From: a virus
IMG/VR virus record: IMGVR_UViG_3300013131_000024
Location: 1-64,000 of that record
Strand: one strand, 5' to 3'
Length of the DNA: 64,000 nt
In this document: piece after piece, positions 10,108 through 19,138 of the stretch
Layout: each line of letters starts with the position of its first letter
Position numbering within the stretch: the stretch's first letter is position 1
Made by a program: the position numbers and the translations under genes
Notes under the pieces: model-generated
What the model saw: the letters and a program-made list of their open reading frames with translations, nothing else
Databases searched by the model: none
What the model was told of the DNA's origin: nothing

Positions 10108-11179
10108 TTACTTACAACGAAAGATGTTTCTAGATCCTTCGGGACCAGTAACGATCCAACGTTTCGAAGAAGTAAAATATAATAAAATCGCAGACTTTGA
10201 AAAAACCGCCAGAGGATTTTTCTGGGTCCCAGAAGAAATTAGTTTAACAAAGGATGCACAAGACTTTAAGGAGGCTAGCGATGCAGTCAAACATATCTTC
10301 ACTAGCAACTTGCTTAGGCAAACTGCTCTTGACAGTCTGCAAGGCCGCGGCCCAAGTCAAATCTTTACTCCGGTCATAAGCCTACCAGAACTAGAAGCAT
10401 TAGTCTTTAATTGGACATTCTTTGAAACTAATATACATAGTCGTTCATACAGCCATATCATCCGTAATATCTATAATGTGCCTAAGGAAGTCTTTAACAC
10501 TATCCACGACACCGCAGAGATAGTGAATATGGCATCAAGTGTTGGCAAATATTATGACGACCTACACAAATTAAATTGCATAAAAGAGACAGATGATGAT
10601 CCAAATAATTGTCCAGAAGAAAGCCACATCAAAGCAATTTACCTAGCATTACACGCAAGTTATGCCTTAGAAGCATTTCGCTTTATGGTATCATTTGCCA
10701 CAAGTTTGGCCATGGTAGAAAACAAGATCTTTATTGGCAACGGCAACATCATTAGCCTAATCCTACAAGACGAACTACTGCACAAAGGTTGGACTGCTTG
10801 GCTGATCAATCAGGTAGTTAAAGAAGATCCGCGTTTTGCCAAGGCAGCACAAGAATGCCAGGATGAAGTTTTACAAATTTATAAAGATGTAATCCAAGAA
10901 GAAAAATCCTGGGCAGATTATCTATTCCAAAAAGGTCCAGTGATCGGACTCAACGCTAATATTTTAAAAGATTTTGTTGATTATACTGCTGTTGGTGCGC
11001 TAAAAGATATCGGAATCAAATATTGGGGTCATGCTCCAAAATCAACTCCGATTCCGTGGTTTAATAAGCACAGTGATACCAGCAAGAAACAAACAGCTCT
11101 ACAAGAAAATGAAAGTACCAATTATGTAATTGGTATCATGAGCGAAAATTTAGATTACAATGCCTTACCGGCTATATAA
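10070..11179 (+). CDS. nrdB: Ribonucleotide reductase class Ia beta subunit
   Basis: FWVPEEI, DSLQGR, ETNIHSRSY, EAFRF, DELLH. Confidence 0.96.
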   Translation: MSQQQYNLKEKTDYLQRKMFLDPSGPVTIQRFEEVKYNKIADFEKTARGFFWVPEEISLTKDAQDFKEASDAVKHIFTSNLLRQTALDSLQGRGPSQIFTPVISLPELEALVFNWTFFETNIHSRSYSHIIRNIYNVPKEVFNTIHDTAEIVNMASSVGKYYDDLHKLNCIKETDDDPNNCPEESHIKAIYLALHASYALEAFRFMVSFATSLAMVENKIFIGNGNIISLILQDELLHKGWTAWLINQVVKEDPRFAKAAQECQDEVLQIYKDVIQEEKSWADYLFQKGPVIGLNANILKDFVDYTAVGALKDIGIKYWGHAPKSTPIPWFNKHSDTSKKQTALQENESTNYVIGIMSENLDYNALPAI

Positions 11180-11184
11180 TGTAT

Positions 11185-11352
11185 ATGTATAAAGCACAAT
11201 TTAAACGTCATTCCCCTTATGAATCGTGGACTACGATCGGAAACTACGGTAGCGAGCAGGCTGCTATAAGTGCAGCCTTACAGTATAAAAATAAGGGAAT
11301 GCTGTTGGTAAGAGTGACAGACAGCAAGGGTGCTGTAATATATTCGAGTTAG
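11185..11352 (+). CDS. Small hypothetical protein (55 aa, below ORF-track cutoff)
   Basis: MYKAQFKRHSPYESWTTIGNYGSEQAAISAALQYKNKGMLLVRVTDSKGAVIYSS; fills the nrdB-glutaredoxin gap. Confidence 0.6.
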   Translation: MYKAQFKRHSPYESWTTIGNYGSEQAAISAALQYKNKGMLLVRVTDSKGAVIYSS

Positions 11353-11363
11353 GAAGATTGAGT

Positions 11364-11621
11364 ATGAAAGCAATTGTTTGGAGTAAGTATCGTTGTCCTT
11401 ATTGTGATCAGGCAAAGGCCTTGTTAACACAAAAAGGAATAGTGTTTGAAGAAAAGAAAATCGGTGATGGGTATACAAAAGAAGATTTGTTAGAAGCTGT
11501 TCCGAATGCAAAAACTGTGCCACAGGTTTTTTTGGATGACAAACTTGTTGGCGGATTCACTGAACTAAGAAAATTATTTGATCAGTGGGAGAATCAATCG
11601 TACGGAGACGGAAGAGTATAA
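11364..11621 (+). CDS. Glutaredoxin
   Basis: CPYC, TVPQVF, VGGF. Confidence 0.93.
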   Translation: MKAIVWSKYRCPYCDQAKALLTQKGIVFEEKKIGDGYTKEDLLEAVPNAKTVPQVFLDDKLVGGFTELRKLFDQWENQSYGDGRV

Positions 11622-11911
11622 TGTTAATTAATAAAAAGTTTTCAAGTGGCGATATTGTATCAATAAAACTTACCAGCGGAGAAGAATTGATAGCAAAATT
11701 ATCCGAAGATCAGGATACATTGTACACTATCAACAAACCAATGGTTTTAAGTATGTCTGCACAAGGACTTGGTATGATGCCCTATATGATCACTGTTAAT
11801 CCAGATCAAGCCATAACACTATTAAAATCTGCAGTGGCTGCGATGTCATCTACAGAAAAACAGTTTGCTGATGCGTATGTACAACAAACCACAGGAATAA
11901 AATTAGTTTAA
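11621..11911 (+). CDS. Conserved phage protein, Sm-like fold (inferred)
   Basis: IVSIKLTSGEELIAK pattern. Confidence 0.55.
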   Translation: MLINKKFSSGDIVSIKLTSGEELIAKLSEDQDTLYTINKPMVLSMSAQGLGMMPYMITVNPDQAITLLKSAVAAMSSTEKQFADAYVQQTTGIKLV

Positions 11912-11920
11912 GGAATCTAG

Positions 11921-12352
11921 ATGGCCAACGACAGTTCACTTTTACCTACCACAGCAGCACCGCCCGGTTCGGCTCCAACAGCAGGTGATAACACAGGTAG
12001 TGCTTTTGATTACAGCGATCATCTAGATCGTATAGTAACGGCTCTAGAACAACTGTCGTTGAGTATGGCATTCGTTGCAGATAAGATCGATAACATATCA
12101 GATAAGATCGATAACATATCGGTTCAATCTACAACCATATCTCAACAACAAACAACTATTGCCGCCAAACAAACAGCAATAGAAACTTATCAGAAAAAAT
12201 TAAAAGAGCTGGGCGAAGGCGATGGTGTGCATATATTAGGTCCTTATGAATGGTTGTCTATGTATGCTATCTATAAACTTCTTGTAGATCAAGGAGTCAC
12301 AGATTTCGCATCTATTAAAGCTCAAATAGATGCATTACCTAAAAACTTTTAA
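11921..12352 (+). CDS. Hypothetical coiled-coil protein
   Basis: 143 aa; 21-bp tandem duplication at 12078-12119. Confidence 0.55.
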   Translation: MANDSSLLPTTAAPPGSAPTAGDNTGSAFDYSDHLDRIVTALEQLSLSMAFVADKIDNISDKIDNISVQSTTISQQQTTIAAKQTAIETYQKKLKELGEGDGVHILGPYEWLSMYAIYKLLVDQGVTDFASIKAQIDALPKNF

Positions 12353-12355
12353 TCT

Positions 12356-13327
12356 ATGTCTAATGGTGTAAGTCGTAATGCAGGACAAGATTCAGCGGGA
12401 GGCGCTCTCATACAAGGGTCGGGGGATGTATTCACTAACGACAAACCGACTGTAAGAGTCGGAGATGCAGTGGCAGGCCACGGAAGAGGAGCACATCGAG
12501 GACCAGTCATGGCAGATGGTTCTAAAACTGTGTTTACAAATAATATCAGCACAGTTCGCCAAGGAGATCCTGCTAGTTGCGGACATCCTGCCACAGGCAG
12601 CGGAGATGTGTATGCAGGAGATGAAGTTGACACTGATACACCATCAAATAGAGATATGAATGCTGGAGACGATCACGATCCCGATTCTCCTGGATCAGGA
12701 TCTACGTATGTAAAAAGCAAAAAAAGTATTGATCAAAGCGAATTAGTTCCGTTAGACGAAAAAAATGCAGATAAGTCTCCGGGTAAAGCTAATATAGCTC
12801 TCAGCAAGAATTGCGCAGATATAGCCAGCCTATCACCTTTCCCGTCCGGAGGAGCTATCGATAATATTTCATTATCACCTAACTACACAGTAGGTAAACT
12901 TACTAGAAAACCTCATGTAACTTTTGATAATGCTCTTAGAGGGGACGAATCCGGTTTAAGTCTAGAAGAAATAGTTTGCAATTTAAAACTGTTGGCTGTG
13001 AATTGTCTAGAACCTATAAAATCTAGATTTCCTAACTCTTTTATTACAAATACCTGGAGACCACCGAGCGGTAATCCTCGTAGCCAGCATCCAAAAGGGC
13101 AGGCAGCTGATATCCAATTTCGTAATACTAGCAAAGCAGATTATTATGTCATCGCTCAATGGATCAGAGACAATGTAAGCTATGACCAACTATTGTTAGA
13201 ATATAAAACTACTGGATCGGGATTACCATGGATTCACATTAGTTTTGATAAATCAAATCAAAGAAGCCAAGTCTTGACTTTATTAAATAATTCAACCTAT
13301 TCACAAGGATTAACACAACTAGCATGA
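12356..13327 (+). CDS. PAAR spike-tip domain fused to peptidase M15
   Basis: GSGDVFTN, RVGD..AGH, RQGD.ASCGH; SQHPKGQAAD and WIHIS zinc motifs. Confidence 0.85.
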   Translation: MSNGVSRNAGQDSAGGALIQGSGDVFTNDKPTVRVGDAVAGHGRGAHRGPVMADGSKTVFTNNISTVRQGDPASCGHPATGSGDVYAGDEVDTDTPSNRDMNAGDDHDPDSPGSGSTYVKSKKSIDQSELVPLDEKNADKSPGKANIALSKNCADIASLSPFPSGGAIDNISLSPNYTVGKLTRKPHVTFDNALRGDESGLSLEEIVCNLKLLAVNCLEPIKSRFPNSFITNTWRPPSGNPRSQHPKGQAADIQFRNTSKADYYVIAQWIRDNVSYDQLLLEYKTTGSGLPWIHISFDKSNQRSQVLTLLNNSTYSQGLTQLA

Positions 13328-13734
13328 AAAAATTATTTTGGAATATCTTAGGATTTTCAAGTCTAGGAATGGCCTATATCGGAGTCATTACTCCTGGCAT
13401 TCCTTATTCACCGTTCGTGGTGTTTTCTGCATACTGTTTTTCAAAAGGTTCGGAACGTATGCATCGTTGGATTTACAATCATAAAATATTTGGTCCATTC
13501 TTAACTAATTGGAACGAAAAACGTGTATTTCCTCAAAAACTTCGCTATTTGATGTTGACAATGATGTCATTGAGTCTTATACTAATGTATACCGGTGGAG
13601 TTAAACTTATTGGCATAATTTCAACCGCGGTATTTATGGCGCTAGTGGCTATGTGGGCTTGGAGATATCCCAACACACCCGAAGAACACGATAGACGCAA
13701 AGATGCAGGTGAAAAGATAGGTTGGATTAAATAA
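13324..13734 (+). CDS. YbaN/DUF454-like membrane protein
   Basis: IGVITPGIP..PF...AYCF..GSER.HRW...H..FGP. Confidence 0.8.
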   Translation: MKKLFWNILGFSSLGMAYIGVITPGIPYSPFVVFSAYCFSKGSERMHRWIYNHKIFGPFLTNWNEKRVFPQKLRYLMLTMMSLSLILMYTGGVKLIGIISTAVFMALVAMWAWRYPNTPEEHDRRKDAGEKIGWIK

Positions 13735-13736
13735 AA

Positions 13737-14025
13737 GTTATTGCTGTATGAAGCAAAGAGAAAAGTGTTCTGGACGCGGGTTCGATTCCCGCCCGGTCCA
13801 CCAAAAGCACACTGATTGTCCCACAGAGGCCATTGCTAATATCTGTACAGTGTGTTTCTGACGGGCCGGACCTGGTTTCGACAGGGCAAAGAGTAACAGA
13901 GTGGACAGCAGGGTAGGCGATGACCCTAAATCAAGCAAATCTATAACTGCAAACGCAGCTAATGACGAGGTTTACGCTCTAGCAGCCTAAACTTCCGGGG
14001 CAACTATGCCTTGTAACCAAAAATA
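13737..14025 (+). ncRNA. ssrA: Circularly permuted two-piece tmRNA, tag (A)ANAANDEVYALAA*
   Basis: T-arm and acceptor 3' strand with CCA (13776-13803) precede the 5' strand GGGCCGG (13863); G3:U70 pair; resume context ATAACT-GCA; tag frame 13949-13990. Confidence 0.93.
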
Positions 14026-14029
14026 GTTG

Positions 14030-14056
14030 AGCGGCTTTCGGGCCGCTTTCTTTTTT
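14030..14056 (+). terminator. Intrinsic terminator after tmRNA
   Basis: AGCGGCT-ttcg-GGCCGCT followed by a T-rich run. Confidence 0.85.
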
Positions 14057-14059
14057 GTT

Positions 14060-14108
14060 ATTGATTTTTCCTATGATCATTATTAAAAAATATTTAGGAA
14101 AAACCTAT
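14060..14108 (+). promoter_or_regulatory. OxyR-like operator upstream of ahpC
   Basis: ATTG-N7-CTAT (14060-14074) and TTAG-N7-CTAT (14094-14108). Confidence 0.5.
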
Positions 14109-14171
14109 TGATTTCCTATTTTAATAGGATATATACTATTTGTTAGTTTTCAACACACACAAGGAGATAAA

Positions 14172-14717
14172 ATGAAAACAGTTGGTGATAAATTAGAAGC
14201 CTTTAGTCTGGTAGGCGTTAAACCAGGTCAACCACAAGATGCCTTTTTCGATATCACAGAAAAGTCGTATGAAGGCAAATGGAAAGTAATTGTTTACTAT
14301 CCAAAGGATTTTACTTTCGTATGTCCAACTGAAATTGTTGCCTATGATAAGTTAGCTAAAGATTTCGAAGATCGTGAGGCTGTATTACTTACAGGCAGTA
14401 CAGACAACGAATTCTGCAAGATCAGTTGGCAGAATGCACACAGCGATCTAAAAAACATCAAACATGTTCAGTTCGCTGACACACAGCGTGGCGAACTAAG
14501 TCTTATCGATCAGTTAGGTGTATTTTATGCTCCGGCAGGTGCTGCTCTACGTGCTACATTTATCGTTGATCCAAACAACCAGATTCAACACGTGACAGTC
14601 AACAATCTCAACGTTGGTCGCAGCCCAGAAGAAACTCTGCGTGTATTAGATGCACTACAAACCGGCGAACTTTGTGCCTGCAACCGCACAGTTGGTGGCG
14701 ATACCCTAAAGGTATAA
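14172..14717 (+). CDS. ahpC: Alkyl hydroperoxide reductase C (peroxiredoxin)
   Basis: YPKDFTFVCPTE, RATFIVDP, VGRS. Confidence 0.95.
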   Translation: MKTVGDKLEAFSLVGVKPGQPQDAFFDITEKSYEGKWKVIVYYPKDFTFVCPTEIVAYDKLAKDFEDREAVLLTGSTDNEFCKISWQNAHSDLKNIKHVQFADTQRGELSLIDQLGVFYAPAGAALRATFIVDPNNQIQHVTVNNLNVGRSPEETLRVLDALQTGELCACNRTVGGDTLKV

Positions 14718-14718
14718 T

Positions 14719-15144
14719 ATGCTAGAATGTTTGATCCTAGGTGATAGCCTTGCAGTTGGTGTTGGACAGATTCGCTCTGAATGTAAGACCTATGCTCGCA
14801 GTGGTATCAACAGTTATGATTACGTTAATAGACACGTGTTGTATACAGAATCTATTAATAAAGTAGCTAAGACTGTGATCATTAGCCTAGGATCAAACGA
14901 TTACAAGAGCATAAACACCTACGAAGAATTATTAACCCTAAGACAGTTTGTCAAAGCAGATAGAGTATATTGGATATTGCCTGCTATCAAAGATACAAAA
15001 AGAAACAACGTAAAAAAAGTAGCAGACAAATTCAATGACTTTGTTATCGATAGTCGTTCTCACGAACTCAGCCCTGATGGTGTTCACCCTACCTATAAGG
15101 GCTATAAATCGATAGCAAAACAAACACAAGGAGACACACAATGA
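14719..15144 (+). CDS. SGNH/GDSL hydrolase
   Basis: GDSL, LGSND, DGVHP. Confidence 0.85.
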   Translation: MLECLILGDSLAVGVGQIRSECKTYARSGINSYDYVNRHVLYTESINKVAKTVIISLGSNDYKSINTYEELLTLRQFVKADRVYWILPAIKDTKRNNVKKVADKFNDFVIDSRSHELSPDGVHPTYKGYKSIAKQTQGDTQ

Positions 15145-15650
15145 GTTGGGTAGAACAGATCAAAGAGGCACTCCCGGATTATGCCAAGGACGCACGATTA
15201 AATCTTGACGCGGTTATAAACCGTAGCACACTAGATGCAACAGAAGCTCAAGGTTGTGCTCTAGCAGCAGCGATGGCCACAGGCAATGGCAAGCTGGTAA
15301 CTTTTATTTCAAGCGGAATTGAAGATATCAAAGAACGTGACGCTGCGCTCACAGCCTCAGCTATCATGTCACAGAATAACGTTTGGTATCCATATGTAGA
15401 AATGGTAGGAGGTGCTCTCGAAGGTATTCCTCCACAGCTACGTATGAACGCTATTGCCACACATGGTGGTACTACCAAGGCTCGTTTTGAGGCATATAGT
15501 TTGGCGGCAAGTATCGTAGGCAAATGCCATTTCTGTGTGAAAGCACATTTTGACACATTGAAGGCAGAAGGTTACTCTGTAGATCAACTACGAGACATTG
15601 GACGTATTGCTGCCGTAATAAACAGTGTTGCCAAGGTATTAAATAGTTAA
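15141..15650 (+). CDS. ahpD: Alkylhydroperoxidase AhpD
   Basis: LPDYAKD.RLNL, M..NNVWY, CHFCVKAH. Confidence 0.92.
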   Translation: MSWVEQIKEALPDYAKDARLNLDAVINRSTLDATEAQGCALAAAMATGNGKLVTFISSGIEDIKERDAALTASAIMSQNNVWYPYVEMVGGALEGIPPQLRMNAIATHGGTTKARFEAYSLAASIVGKCHFCVKAHFDTLKAEGYSVDQLRDIGRIAAVINSVAKVLNS

Positions 15651-15692
15651 ATTTTGTAATCATTTAGCAATATTCGGATCGGTAAATACCTC

Positions 15693-16520
15693 ATGGAGCG
15701 TAAATACCGATCTATTTTTATCTCTGATGTACATCTCGGCACCAAGGATTGTAAAGCTGAGGCACTGAATAATTTTCTCAAACATAATAGCTGTGACACA
15801 TTATATCTAGTAGGAGATATAATTGATGCGTGGAAGATACAACAGAACAAGTGGCGTTGGAAACAAAGCCATACCAACGTTGTGCGTCGTGTATTAGGAC
15901 ATGCCAAGAGAGGAACTAGAGTGGTATATGTTATAGGTAATCATGATGAGTTTATCCGTCCGTTGTTGCCTTATGGTTTTCATTTTGGTAAAATTGAATT
16001 ACACAATCAAATAGAACACATAGGTGCAGATGGTAAACATTATCTCGTAGTACACGGTGATCTGTTTGACGGCATCACCAGACTAGCACCATGGCTAGCA
16101 TTTTTAGGAGACAAAGCCTATGACACCATTTTATCTCTCAATAGTAAGTGCAATTGGATCCTCCATCGAATGGGTATTGGTTATTTTAGTCTTAGCCGTT
16201 TCCTTAAGCACAAGGTAAAGAAAGCAGTAGATTTCATTTTCCAGTTTGAACGTAATCTTGCAACGTACTGCAAGAAAAGAGGATATGACGGCGTGATCTG
16301 CGGACACATTCATCACGCAGAAATAAAAATAGTAGATGGTGTGGTTTACATGAACGATGGAGATTGGGTAGAGTCAATGACTGCTTTAGTAGAACACTGG
16401 GACGGACATTGGGAAATCATTACATGGACACAGGAGAGAGATGATGTGGTTGATGATATTGATAGCGGTACACATAAACAATCCAAAAGACATTCCGGCA
16501 ACACTGACTATACCCTTTGA
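15693..16520 (+). CDS. LpxH/PlcP-family metallophosphoesterase (phospholipase C-like)
   Basis: SDVHLG, GDIID, GNHDE, HGD.FD, GHIHHA, NDGDWVES. Confidence 0.85.
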   Translation: MERKYRSIFISDVHLGTKDCKAEALNNFLKHNSCDTLYLVGDIIDAWKIQQNKWRWKQSHTNVVRRVLGHAKRGTRVVYVIGNHDEFIRPLLPYGFHFGKIELHNQIEHIGADGKHYLVVHGDLFDGITRLAPWLAFLGDKAYDTILSLNSKCNWILHRMGIGYFSLSRFLKHKVKKAVDFIFQFERNLATYCKKRGYDGVICGHIHHAEIKIVDGVVYMNDGDWVESMTALVEHWDGHWEIITWTQERDDVVDDIDSGTHKQSKRHSGNTDYTL

Positions 16521-16617
16521 CAATCAACAAAGCTGCGAACAAGCGGTTAAAGAAATGACTTATTGGATAAAGTTTGATAACTTCAAGGTACAAGGCAGAT
16601 GTATAAAACAATCTTAG
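16444..16617 (+). CDS. Small exported protein (57 aa, below ORF-track cutoff)
   Basis: AGGAGAG RBS; MWLMILIAVHINNPKDIP...SCEQAVK...GRCIKQS. Confidence 0.55.
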   Translation: MWLMILIAVHINNPKDIPATLTIPFDNQQSCEQAVKEMTYWIKFDNFKVQGRCIKQS

Positions 16618-17609
16618 TCATAACAGATAACCTCCGGGAGCAGATTAATGGTGTGGTTACGACCTTCAAGAATATTGAGAAACACGCTGTTTTGGACGGG
16701 TATTGCATTCTATACCTTGATCCCGGGCAGTTCTTACATTTTAGTTGCCCAGGCTACCCTGAAGTTAAACTTAGCCTTCCTTGGCAGATCGGCAAGAAGA
16801 TTGAGAAGATATCTCCGGATTATATACACATCGCCACGGAGGGTCCTATTGGTCTGTGTGCTAGACTTTATCTTGACCAACGCGGCTATCGTTACAATAC
16901 TAGTTACCACACTAAATTTCCTGAATTCTTGAAAGAAATTTATCATATTCCTAGAAGCTGGACCTATGCCTACGTTCGCTGGTTTCATAAACACAGCGGT
17001 CGTGTTTTAACCACAACAGATACAATGGTCAATGATTTAATACATCACGGATTTCGGGGTAATATTGTTTCTTGGACCAGAGGAGTTGATAGAGAAACAT
17101 TGTCTACAAAAATCAAATGGAGTCATAACAAATATCTACATTTAAATCTTTCGGTGTTGTATGTTGGTCGTGTTAGCAAAGAAAAAAATCTTGACGACTT
17201 GTGCTGTCTAGAAAATGAATTTGACATTACAATAGTTGGAGATGGTCCTTACAGAAACGAACTAGAGAAGAAATATTCTAAGGTTAAATTTTTAGGATAT
17301 CAATCAGGAAGCGATTTGGCAGATTGTTATGCACAAGCGGATGTATTTTGTTTTCCTAGTCGCACAGACACCTTTGGGATCGTTATTATAGAAAGTTTGA
17401 GTTTAGGCACCCCAGTGGCTGCTTATCCAGTTCCCGGTCCAATAGATATCTTAGAGCAGGGAACAAATGGACATATGAGTGAAAATTTAGCCTTGAGTAT
17501 CCGCATAGCTGCCAACTATAACAGAGATCGTGTAAGAGAATCTTCAGAAAAATGGACTTGGGAACATTGTTGGCAGATTTTCAAGCACAATTTAATTACT
17601 ATCTTTTAA
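16599..17609 (+). CDS. GT4 glycosyltransferase (Agt-like)
   Basis: QINGVVTT, HIATEGPIG, YHTKFPE, VGRVSKEKN, FPSRTDTFG. Confidence 0.88.
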   Translation: MYKTILVITDNLREQINGVVTTFKNIEKHAVLDGYCILYLDPGQFLHFSCPGYPEVKLSLPWQIGKKIEKISPDYIHIATEGPIGLCARLYLDQRGYRYNTSYHTKFPEFLKEIYHIPRSWTYAYVRWFHKHSGRVLTTTDTMVNDLIHHGFRGNIVSWTRGVDRETLSTKIKWSHNKYLHLNLSVLYVGRVSKEKNLDDLCCLENEFDITIVGDGPYRNELEKKYSKVKFLGYQSGSDLADCYAQADVFCFPSRTDTFGIVIIESLSLGTPVAAYPVPGPIDILEQGTNGHMSENLALSIRIAANYNRDRVRESSEKWTWEHCWQIFKHNLITIF

Positions 17610-17704
17610 TGATTATCAGTATGGTTTTCAGATAGTTTTTGTCATATAATAGTGATACATACTGTTGCAATACAAGTATGTTTTATTAGCAAAGGAGAAA
17701 CACT

Positions 17705-17776
17705 ATGTGGACCAAACCAGCAGCAGTTGACATGAGATTTGGGTTTGAAGTAACGCTTTATGTTATGAACCGTTAA
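17705..17776 (+). CDS. pqqA: PQQ precursor peptide MWTKPAAVDMRFGFEVTLYVMNR
   Basis: 23 aa with W.KP and GFEVTLY (ExxxY) signatures; AAGGAG RBS; own terminator. Confidence 0.92.
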   Translation: MWTKPAAVDMRFGFEVTLYVMNR

Positions 17777-17793
17777 TCAATCGGTAAAAACCA

Positions 17794-17822
17794 AAAAGGC
17801 CCGCTTCGGTGGGCTTTTTCTT
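17794..17822 (+). terminator. Intrinsic terminator after pqqA
   Basis: GGCCCGC-ttcg-GTGGGCT followed by a T-run. Confidence 0.85.
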
Positions 17823-17879
17823 GACAGCCTTGTGCAAATATGTTATAGTATTACATCAGTAACAGTTTTGGAGACTGCA

Positions 17880-18269
17880 ATGAGTATGCATTTAGAAGGT
17901 CCGTGGCTGTCAACCACAGGCAAGAAAAAAGGCAAGCGCAAGTTTCGCAATGCAGATGAAGCTAGAAAGGCCAGACAATTGGAAGAAGATTGGCAACAAC
18001 TGTTAAAGAAATGGGGTATCGAACAGCAAGAGAAACGTAGACAACGTGCGATGGCTGCACCTACTCTTTCCACTCCTGCACCATTTCATCGAGGTTCGGA
18101 TCAACCAAAGATTCCCAGCCTACCATTTACTGGCGCCCCTTGTACCAAACCAGATCAAAAAGTTTATACTGGAGATAAGATCAAAGGCATTGGAACCATG
18201 CACAAATCTAACGCTGTACCAATCTTTTCAGACGAACAGGCGGTGGATATTGCCAAAATGCGTCGATAA
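17880..18269 (+). CDS. Conserved T4-like hypothetical protein
   Basis: YTG...KGIGTMHKSNAVP motif; TTGACA promoter at 17821. Confidence 0.7.
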   Translation: MSMHLEGPWLSTTGKKKGKRKFRNADEARKARQLEEDWQQLLKKWGIEQQEKRRQRAMAAPTLSTPAPFHRGSDQPKIPSLPFTGAPCTKPDQKVYTGDKIKGIGTMHKSNAVPIFSDEQAVDIAKMRR

Positions 18270-18314
18270 TCACCAATTTTCATGCTATTGTATAGGAAAT
18301 GAGGTATATAAATT

Positions 18315-18545
18315 ACGTTTCGCAAAGAAACTAAGATAGTAGAACCAAAGTATGTCAAAAGCTGAAACGGTTCCGCGAGTCTTGGCCTATGAGAAACCCG
18401 TGAGATTCGGGCGGTCAAGGCTCCAAAGGCACATGAGTTATGAGATCATGCGTCCAATGGAGACAAACTACACGAACCCAGGGTTCTTTCAAGAGCCTCG
18501 TGAAGTTTACTCCCTTAATGTAATGTTGCAGTAGATCGCAGCACC
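18315..18545 (+). ncRNA. Unknown structured RNA or 5' leader upstream of the cell wall hydrolase
   Basis: Several stems, including 11-bp GAGTCTTGGCC/GGTCAAGGCTC; GC-richer than flanks. Confidence 0.5.
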
Positions 18546-18562
18546 AAATGAAAGGAGGACTT

Positions 18563-19138
18563 ATGGAAAATGCATTGAGATTATTGTCCTATACGCTAGG
18601 ACTTGTTTTGGTGGTTATGCTTGTTAATAATTTAACCACAAAAAAATTTGCAATTTTAAAAGAATCAGCAGCAGTTTATAGCAAAGATGTTGTGTCAATT
18701 AAAACTAGAGAACGCCAGTTGGATTGTTTGGCTATGAATATCTACAGAGAAGCTGGTCATGAAGATTTCGAAGGCAAAGTAGCAGTAGCCCAAGTGGTGA
18801 TGAACAGAGTTTCACATCCATCATTCCCAAAAGATATATGTGGTGTGGTTTATCAGAAATCTTTAGTAATGGATAAAGTTGTGTGCCAATTCTCATGGCA
18901 CTGCGAATCTGGAACCAAAGCTCGCCCAGTCAACCCGATAGCATATAGAGAAAGCTATGAAGTTGCTAAAAAGGTTTTATTGGAAAATTTTAGGCTAGAT
19001 GTCATGAGGCATGCACTGTATTTTCATGCTGTTCATGTAAATCCTCAATGGGGATTGGAAAGGATTGGCAAGATTGGTAATCATATTTTTTACACTGAAA
19101 ACAAACTGAAAGGCAAAACTTATGCTTCACTTCGATAA
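18563..19138 (+). CDS. SleB-like cell wall hydrolase (Hydrolase_2)
   Basis: CLA.NIY.EA..E..GK.AVA.V..NR, CQFSW, IGNHIFY. Confidence 0.9.
   Translation: MENALRLLSYTLGLVLVVMLVNNLTTKKFAILKESAAVYSKDVVSIKTRERQLDCLAMNIYREAGHEDFEGKVAVAQVVMNRVSHPSFPKDICGVVYQKSLVMDKVVCQFSWHCESGTKARPVNPIAYRESYEVAKKVLLENFRLDVMRHALYFHAVHVNPQWGLERIGKIGNHIFYTENKLKGKTYASLR

Noticed and set aside
18350-18430. c-di-GMP-I riboswitch
   Set aside because: Only a superficial GAAA/stem resemblance; the conserved core could not be matched by eye.
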